Positions 58,702-64,000 of a DNA stretch of 64,000 nucleotides are shown piece by piece (position 1 is the stretch's first letter; every line of letters starts with the position of its first letter). The notes under the pieces were generated by a model that saw nothing but the letters and a program-made list of their open reading frames with translations, did not search any database and had not been told where the DNA came from. Both the position numbers and the translations under genes were made by a program. The DNA lies in the NCBI RefSeq assembly GCF_988243305.1, contig NZ_OZ547136.1; one strand, given 5' to 3'.

Positions 58702-58917
58702 ATGTTCAAAGATGATGTTCTGCGCTATTTCAAAAAAAAGCGACTAGTAGCTGAGGCTCTTGGAATTTCACATGTGGCTGTTGTGCGGTGGAAAGCAGTT
58801 ATTCCCAAACTTCGCGCAATGGAACTGGATGAAATTACTAACGGTGAATTGAAATACAACCCAGAACTTTACAAGAAGCAGGATAGCACCTCAAACGAAG
58901 GAAAGAATGATTCATGA
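58702..58917 (+). CDS. Cro-like/YdaS-family HTH DNA-binding protein
   Basis: 71-aa ORF with SD AGGAGAG; HTH segment LVAEALGISHVAVVRW; divergent from the repressor gene. Confidence 0.7.
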   Translation: MFKDDVLRYFKKKRLVAEALGISHVAVVRWKAVIPKLRAMELDEITNGELKYNPELYKKQDSTSNEGKNDS

Positions 58918-59339
58918 AAATCAAGCATGAACACATCCGCATGGCGATGAATGTCTGGGCGCATCCGGACGGCGAAAAAGTGCCGGCTGCGAAAATTACC
59001 AAAGCGTATTTCGAGCTGGGAATGACGTTCCCGGAACTGTATGACGACAGCCATCCGGAAGCCCTGGCCCGTAATACCCAGAAAATTTTCCGTTGGCTGG
59101 ATAAAGACACCCCTGATGCTGTTGAAAAAATGCAGGCTCTGTTACCGGCGATCGAAAAGGCGATGCCGCCTTTGCTGGTGGCCCGTATGCGCAGCCACAG
59201 TTCTGAATATTACCGTGAGATCGTCGAACGGAGGGATCGGCTGGTGAAGGATGTCGATGATTTTGTTGCGTCAGCGGTTGTTTTGTATGACCAGATGAAT
59301 CGCGGCGGCCCGGCAGGGAATGCTGTGGTGATGCACTAA
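58914..59339 (+). CDS. CII-like/YdaT-family prophage regulator
   Basis: 141-aa ORF overlapping the cro-like stop; size and position match the YdaT family that follows ydaS in Rac-type prophages. Confidence 0.55.
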   Translation: MKIKHEHIRMAMNVWAHPDGEKVPAAKITKAYFELGMTFPELYDDSHPEALARNTQKIFRWLDKDTPDAVEKMQALLPAIEKAMPPLLVARMRSHSSEYYREIVERRDRLVKDVDDFVASAVVLYDQMNRGGPAGNAVVMH

Positions 59340-59361
59340 AAGCACGGTGTTCGGGGGTTTT

Positions 59362-60324
59362 ATGAGCAGCAAGCTTCATGGTCTTGTCTGGGAAGGGTGC
59401 GCCTTCACCGGCATGATCTTATCCAGGGTGGCGGTTATGGCCCGTCTTGCAGACTACAGCAATGACGAGGGCGTGTCATGGCCTGCCATTGAAACTATCC
59501 GGCGTCAGATCGGTGCAAGAAGTGAATCCACAGTGAAATCGGCTATTGCAGAACTGGCGAAAGAGGGCTGGCTGACGAAGGAAGAGCGTAAGGTCGGTGG
59601 GCGTAATGTAAGCAATATCTATCGGCTTAATGTGGAAAAACTCGAAGCAGCTGCGGCGGCGGCGCGTGAGTCATATAAACCGAAAAGAAAAATTAGCCCG
59701 GCAAAAAATGACCCGTTAACAGTTGACCCGTCAAATATTGACCCCTCAACGGTTGACCCGTCAAATTTTGATGGATCAACTGTTGATAAAAAACTGCCGA
59801 TTAGGGGGGCGATGATTGACCCCGATCCGTCAGTATTAAAACCTGATCCGTCAGATAAAAGATCTTCTTGTCCGGACGCTTCGCAACCGGACCCGCAGAC
59901 GGCTGAACAGGATTTTTTAACCCGACACCCTGACGCGGTTGTGTTCAGTGCGAAAAAACGCCAGTGGGGAAGTCAGGAAGATTTGGTGTGCGCACAGTGG
60001 ATCTGGGGACGAATCGTGAGTCTTTACGAGCAGGCGGCCAGCTATGATGGCGAGATCACTAGACCGAAAGAACCCAACTGGACAGCATGGGCCAATGACG
60101 TTCGCACAATGCGGATGCTGGATGGCAGAACTCACAGACAAATTTGTGAAATGTTTGGGCGTCTCCAGCGGGATTCGTTCTGGGTAAAAAACATCATGAG
60201 TCCGGCAAAACTCCGGGAAAAATGGGATGAACTGGTTATCCGCCTGGGGCGTTCGCCTGCGCAGCGTTGCGTGAATCACATTTCTGAACCGGACACTGAA
60301 ATTCCGCCGGGCTTCAGGGGGTAA
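59362..60324 (+). CDS. phage replication initiator (lambda O-like, HTH N-terminal domain) containing internal iteron-like repeats
   Basis: Track ORF from GTG 59347; ATG 59362 has a GGGGG SD; N-terminal winged-helix segment (LSRVAVMARLADYSNDEGVSWPAIETIRRQIG); central DPS-rich linker encoded by repeated TTGACCCGTCAA units. Confidence 0.6.
   Translation: MSSKLHGLVWEGCAFTGMILSRVAVMARLADYSNDEGVSWPAIETIRRQIGARSESTVKSAIAELAKEGWLTKEERKVGGRNVSNIYRLNVEKLEAAAAAARESYKPKRKISPAKNDPLTVDPSNIDPSTVDPSNFDGSTVDKKLPIRGAMIDPDPSVLKPDPSDKRSSCPDASQPDPQTAEQDFLTRHPDAVVFSAKKRQWGSQEDLVCAQWIWGRIVSLYEQAASYDGEITRPKEPNWTAWANDVRTMRMLDGRTHRQICEMFGRLQRDSFWVKNIMSPAKLREKWDELVIRLGRSPAQRCVNHISEPDTEIPPGFRG
59708..59790. repeat. iteron-like direct repeats (candidate phage replication origin) inside the replication gene
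   Basis: About five copies of a 12-15 bp unit (TTGACCCGTCAAAT and variants, each an internal dyad TTGAC/GTCAA) followed by an A-rich stretch GATAAAAAACTG. Confidence 0.6.
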
Positions 60325-60364
60325 GTGTTAATTTCTGGTCATGAGGTAATTTTCAGGAGGACTT

Positions 60365-60640
60365 GTGGCAAAAGTTTTTACACAAGAAGAGCGGGAAAAA
60401 ATTAAAGGGCTGATCGTGGAATTCGTACGCCTTAACGGACGAGGCACGATTCGGCAGTTATCGGATGAAATTGGTGTCAGTCATACGTCTGTCGGTCGTT
60501 TATGCATGGAGCTGGCCGCCAGTGGTGATGTTTACAATTCCGGTTACGGAGTATTCCCGTCTGAGCAGGCGCGCAAGGACTGGCAAAACGCCCGCAAAAA
60601 AACTCTCAAGGGCAAAGCTGAAGAAACCATCTGTGGTTGA
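60365..60640 (+). CDS. hypothetical small protein with predicted winged-helix/HTH segment
   Basis: 91-aa ORF from GTG with SD CAGGAGGAC; HTH-like GTIRQLSDEIGVSHTSVGRLCMELAASG. Confidence 0.5.
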   Translation: MAKVFTQEEREKIKGLIVEFVRLNGRGTIRQLSDEIGVSHTSVGRLCMELAASGDVYNSGYGVFPSEQARKDWQNARKKTLKGKAEETICG

Positions 60641-60788
60641 TCCGGACCTTATCTGGCTATTACCTGACGGAGAAATACGTCGCTACGACAGGCGTCAGAA
60701 CATAATCTGTCGCGAGTGCCGGAAGAGCGAAGTTATGCAGCGCGTACTGGCGTTTTATCAGGGGAATTTTCAGGAGGTAGCGCAGTGA
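60633..60788 (+). CDS. hypothetical micro-protein (51 aa), translationally coupled
   Basis: GTG at 60633 overlaps the upstream stop (GTGGTTGA); its stop overlaps the next start (GTGA); part of track ORF 60465-60788. Confidence 0.35.
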   Translation: MVDPDLIWLLPDGEIRRYDRRQNIICRECRKSEVMQRVLAFYQGNFQEVAQ

Positions 60789-61273
60789 GTGCACCGGCAA
60801 CCATTCTTGATATGTGCTGTGGCAGCCGTATGTTCTGGTTCGATAAGAATGACGACCGGGCGATATTTAGCGATATCAGAAAAGAAGAGCACACATTGTG
60901 TGATGGACGACGCCTGATTATCAGTCCTGACCTGATAGCAGATTTTCGAGCATTACCATTTGCAGACGCATCGTTTCCGGTTGTTGTATTCGACCCTCCG
61001 CATCTTGAGTGTGTTGGTGATAAAGCCTGGATGGGAAAGAAATATGGACGGTTGAATAAAGATACCTGGCGTGATGATTTGCGGCAGGGATTTAAAGAAG
61101 CTTTTCGTGTGTTGTGGCCACATGGCGTTCTGATTTTTAAATGGAATGAAACGCAAATATCTGTCCGCCAGATATTGGCACTAACCGACGCGAAACCAAT
61201 CATCAGCCAGCGCACCGGTAAGAACGATAAAACACATTGGATTATTTTTGTGAAGGAGGCGACCAGTGGGTAA
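60785..61273 (+). CDS. putative SAM-dependent (DNA) methyltransferase, orphan
   Basis: Track ORF 60716-61273; GTG at 60785 preceded by SD CAGGAGG; motif I-like ILDMCCGSRMF and motif IV-like FDPPHL; no adjacent restriction endonuclease gene. Confidence 0.5.
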   Translation: MSAPATILDMCCGSRMFWFDKNDDRAIFSDIRKEEHTLCDGRRLIISPDLIADFRALPFADASFPVVVFDPPHLECVGDKAWMGKKYGRLNKDTWRDDLRQGFKEAFRVLWPHGVLIFKWNETQISVRQILALTDAKPIISQRTGKNDKTHWIIFVKEATSG

Positions 61274-61520
61274 ATCAAAATGCCAGGTTTATGGCAACAA
61301 GATAGAACCGTGTACGACCCTGGCAAAATCCCTTGAGCATGATGCTGAATACACGATGCGAAAAGGTCTGCTGATATACAAAATCTGGAATGAGAGTTTA
61401 ACTCGCGGTCCTGATTTTGTGATGTTGCGTTCCGGTGAATTTTCTAAATTACCAGTTCGGGTTTCATTTTGTCCGTTCTGTGGTGAAAGTCTGAAAACGT
61501 GGGAGAACAGAAATGAATGA
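61266..61520 (+). CDS. hypothetical zinc-ribbon protein
   Basis: 84-aa ORF with Cys pairs C6/C16 and CPFC near the C-terminus; overlaps neighbours by 8 nt on each side. Confidence 0.45.
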   Translation: MGKSKCQVYGNKIEPCTTLAKSLEHDAEYTMRKGLLIYKIWNESLTRGPDFVMLRSGEFSKLPVRVSFCPFCGESLKTWENRNE

Positions 61521-61824
61521 AATTAAAGAAATACCAGTAGTACGTGATGAATATGGCTACTGGACGCATCCTGAATATGAAAAATTCTGTGACGGTCGGG
61601 AATATATTTCAACGGAAGAGTTTAACGCCTGGATGGAGGAAAATAATCTTCAATACGTCCTCTGCTTCAGAGATGAAGGATGTGCTGACCTTGATGCGTG
61701 TGATGCTGATATTTCTGCATGGGAACCGGAACGACCAGAGGGCAATGGATGGTTTATTGGTTCAATACATGACACCGAAGATGGCCCGGTTTGTGTATGG
61801 CTGAGAAATAAGGCCGAAGCATAA
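61513..61824 (+). CDS. hypothetical acidic phage protein
   Basis: 103-aa ORF, D/E-rich (DEGCADLDACDADISAWEPERPEG). Confidence 0.45.
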   Translation: MNEIKEIPVVRDEYGYWTHPEYEKFCDGREYISTEEFNAWMEENNLQYVLCFRDEGCADLDACDADISAWEPERPEGNGWFIGSIHDTEDGPVCVWLRNKAEA

Positions 61825-61952
61825 AGGCTATAAACCGACTAACAACTAAATACTGAAGATTTAAATCAGAAACGATTTTTATTAAATCCTTAACCGGAGG
61901 GATTCCTGCACCCTCAGAACATCAGGAGGCCGTCCGAAAGGGCGGTAGTGAA

Positions 61953-62135
61953 ATGCGAAAATTCAAAATAATTATTGAAACGGGAATAGCCGGTGGAGAT
62001 TTCGAGGATGAATTCGAAGTGGATGATGATGCAACACCAGATGAAATACAGGATGAAGCTAAAGATATTTTCTTTAACTACTGCAATTACTCATACCACG
62101 AAATAAAAGACGAAGAGGAAGAACAAAATGGCTGA
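61953..62135 (+). CDS. hypothetical very acidic small protein (60 aa)
   Basis: About one third of residues are D/E (FEDEFEVDDDATPDEIQDEAKD...KDEEEEQNG). Confidence 0.45.
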   Translation: MRKFKIIIETGIAGGDFEDEFEVDDDATPDEIQDEAKDIFFNYCNYSYHEIKDEEEEQNG

Positions 62136-62304
62136 TTTTGGTTCAACTAAATATAACGCCAGTTTTGAAGAATGGCATGAACTGTTAATGGATTATGCAG
62201 AGTTACGCGGTGGAAGTGCCGCTGATGCTGAAGCATGGCGTGATGATTATGAAGCAGGGAAAACACCGGTCGAAGCATATTGTGATGAGTGGGGCGATGA
62301 ATGA
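62128..62304 (+). CDS. hypothetical acidic small protein (58 aa)
   Basis: ATG 62128 overlaps upstream stop (ATGGCTGA); MADFGSTKYNASFEEWHELLMDYAELRGGSAADAEAWRDDYEAGKTPVEAYCDEWGDE; below track size cutoff. Confidence 0.4.
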   Translation: MADFGSTKYNASFEEWHELLMDYAELRGGSAADAEAWRDDYEAGKTPVEAYCDEWGDE

Positions 62305-62660
62305 GCGAGATTAATTATCAGGAAGGGCATGAAAAGGTAGGGCAGGCAAAACCAGTGGCATGGCGATATCGCTACGTGAAAAAAGGCGTTACAGACTTTC
62401 AGGGGAAGCAGTGGGTTGGTGACTGGAAATATGTCCCGACAAAAGAGGATTGTAACGACAGACCAAACTATGAAATTCAGGCGTTATTCACGGCCCCGCC
62501 AGCTTCGGTGACATCAGAAGGACTGGTTAAAGCTGTGCGCTTTTATGAACAGGTACGGCGTGAGGATCCGCCAGTTGAAACCGGAGCATGGAAAGACGCT
62601 ATTGACTGGGTACTCAAGGAGGCCTGCCTGGTTGTAAACACGGGCATCAAAGGAGGCTGA
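62301..62660 (+). CDS. hypothetical phage protein
   Basis: 119-aa ORF, start overlaps upstream stop (ATGA). Confidence 0.45.
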   Translation: MSEINYQEGHEKVGQAKPVAWRYRYVKKGVTDFQGKQWVGDWKYVPTKEDCNDRPNYEIQALFTAPPASVTSEGLVKAVRFYEQVRREDPPVETGAWKDAIDWVLKEACLVVNTGIKGG

Positions 62661-62876
62661 ATGGGTATTGCCGCAAGTTATACCATGCATCTCTATTGTG
62701 ATTGCCGCCAGTGTACGGATGGCAAATATCAGTCGCCAGATTTTGGTGAGTATATCGGTACGTCATGGGCTGGCTGTGCAAAAGAGGCACGTAAAGATGG
62801 GTGGCGAATAAGTGCCGACAAAACGCGTGCTTTTGCGCCAAGGCATAAAATTTTGAGGAGCAACAAAGGAGAGTGA
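62661..62876 (+). CDS. hypothetical Cys-rich small protein
   Basis: 71-aa ORF with CDCRQC motif, immediately after the previous stop. Confidence 0.4.
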   Translation: MGIAASYTMHLYCDCRQCTDGKYQSPDFGEYIGTSWAGCAKEARKDGWRISADKTRAFAPRHKILRSNKGE

Positions 62877-62877
62877 T

Positions 62878-63096
62878 GTGCCTACATTATTCAGAAAAGA
62901 ATATCCGCGAAAAAGTAGAGCGACAGAATTTTTGTTTCTCATTCTGTTTATCGTGTTGATGATACCGATATCCCCGTTAATTCTGGTATGGGGAATCGGA
63001 AAAATAATTGAGCCAGTTATTGAATTGTATAACGACGTGGTATGGGCTCCGTTCAACACACTGCACAATAAAATTAATCCGTATAAGGAAAACTGA
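62878..63096 (+). CDS. hypothetical small membrane protein
   Basis: 72-aa ORF with one strongly hydrophobic segment (FLFLILFIVLMIPISPLILVWGIG). Confidence 0.4.
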   Translation: MPTLFRKEYPRKSRATEFLFLILFIVLMIPISPLILVWGIGKIIEPVIELYNDVVWAPFNTLHNKINPYKEN

Positions 63097-63097
63097 T

Positions 63098-63361
63098 ATG
63101 GCAACTTTGACAAAAAAAGAACAGGCATGGTTGAACGAATTACAGGACGTTCTTGATCGCTGTCCATCACCGAAAAAAATTGGTTTTTACACCATTGGCG
63201 ATAAAAGCATTTACCTGTATGACCTGCGCCGCATGGATGAAATCATGGAGGCTCTTGATAATCGTTCGTCAATGGATTGGTGTGTTGCTGTCCATGATAT
63301 GAATGCAGGGTTTGATGAAAAGATTTTGTTCCCCTCATCAGTTGAAAGCACTGCGGGTTAA
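63098..63361 (+). CDS. hypothetical phage protein
   Basis: 87-aa ORF from ATG 63098 (MATLTKKEQAWLNELQDV...) within track ORF 63008-63361. Confidence 0.4.
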   Translation: MATLTKKEQAWLNELQDVLDRCPSPKKIGFYTIGDKSIYLYDLRRMDEIMEALDNRSSMDWCVAVHDMNAGFDEKILFPSSVESTAG

Positions 63362-63371
63362 GGAGTAACAC

Positions 63372-64000
63372 ATGACCACTATTACCAAAGAACGTATTGA
63401 ATTGTTCATTAAAAACCCGCTTGAAAACGGGCTTACCCGTGGTGAACAAATGGAACTGGCACGGATTGCGCTGGCATCGCTGGAAGCAGATCCAGTTAAA
63501 CGAGTTAACTCAGATCAGATGCGCCGAGTCTGCTTAGAAGCTAATCGCCATTTAGATAAATATGACGCGATGGCGAAAGAGGTAAATAAGTTGCTTGGAC
63601 GCATCGCCCCGCCAGCGCCGGTAGTGCCGGAAGAAGCAACTCCGGAAAACGTAGAAATGCTCTCTGGCTATGTTTCCACGTACAAATTAACCGATAGCGA
63701 GCGCGATATTGCTGCCGAAATATGGAACGCCTGCCGCACCGCCATGCTTCAGTCCGGAAACTTTCGGGAAAGCAAGAATTCGTCAACCAATAATTTTCGG
63801 GAAATCCCGGAAGCGTCAACCAGCTCTCCGGTAACTCCGGCTCTTCTGCCTGGTGGTTTCACCATTGAGGAGGCGAAGGAATTACATGAAGACCTGGTAC
63901 GCAGCCACATAAGCAAGGCCTTAAGTGGCGAAAAGATGAAAAAGAAAGATCGCGATGCTGATTTGCGCTGGATTCATGGCGTTATAGTTCAGGCAGCGTG
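63372..64000 (+). CDS. hypothetical phage protein, partial (runs off window end)
   Basis: ATG 63372 with SD AAGGAG; open frame MTTITKERIELFIKNPLENGLTRGEQMELARIALASLEADPV... without stop to 64000. Confidence 0.5.
   Translation, partial: MTTITKERIELFIKNPLENGLTRGEQMELARIALASLEADPVKRVNSDQMRRVCLEANRHLDKYDAMAKEVNKLLGRIAPPAPVVPEEATPENVEMLSGYVSTYKLTDSERDIAAEIWNACRTAMLQSGNFRESKNSSTNNFREIPEASTSSPVTPALLPGGFTIEEAKELHEDLVRSHISKALSGEKMKKKDRDADLRWIHGVIVQAA

Larger units (their letters stand above)
52110..64000. mobile_element. integrated lambdoid prophage, left arm (att junction, int, xis, exo, early-left genes, immunity region, replication, nin-like genes); continues beyond window
   Basis: Tyrosine integrase directly abutting the ompW terminator, followed by xis, exonuclease, dicF/dicB, divergent cI/cro-like genes with shared operators, replication gene with iterons; E. 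coli K-12 (from memory) has no phage genes after ompW. Confidence 0.9.

Noticed and set aside
58652-58709. Alternative longer starts for the CI-like repressor (ATG at 58709 or 58652)
   Set aside because: Using them would place the coding region over both operator palindromes and over the cro-like gene start; the ATG at 58610 gives an N-terminus that aligns with the P22 C2-type HTH.

Overview
Enterobacterial (E. coli K-12-like) chromosomal segment with a conserved core from dauA to ompW (1-52109), followed by the left arm of an integrated lambdoid prophage (about 52110-64000, running off the window end). Core gene order: dauA(partial)-prs-ispE-lolB-hemA-prfA-prmC-sirB2-sirB1-kdsA, two Ldr/Rdl long direct repeats, chaABC, ychN, ychO, narLX, narK, narGHJI, the tyrT-tyrV tRNA-Tyr pair with its 178-bp repeat array, purU, ychJ, rssAB, galU, hns, tdk, adhE, ychE, oppABCDF, yciU, clsA, yciY, kch, yciI, tonB, yciABC, ompW. 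Core calls rest on matching translated ORFs to well-known E. coli proteins from memory; no database search was run. The prophage is mosaic: integrase, excisionase, a large exonuclease, the DicF sRNA and dicB, uncharacterised early-left small genes, a P22 C2-like repressor with cro-like and cII/YdaT-like genes, an O-like replication gene with internal iterons, then a chain of translationally coupled small genes including an orphan methyltransferase and very acidic small proteins. No single complete novel system could be proven from sequence alone. The best candidates for undescribed biology are the prophage accessory cassettes: the convergent overlapping small-gene pair at 56978-57499, the coupled wHTH-methyltransferase-zinc ribbon cassette at 60365-61824, and the acidic small-protein run at 61513-62304.
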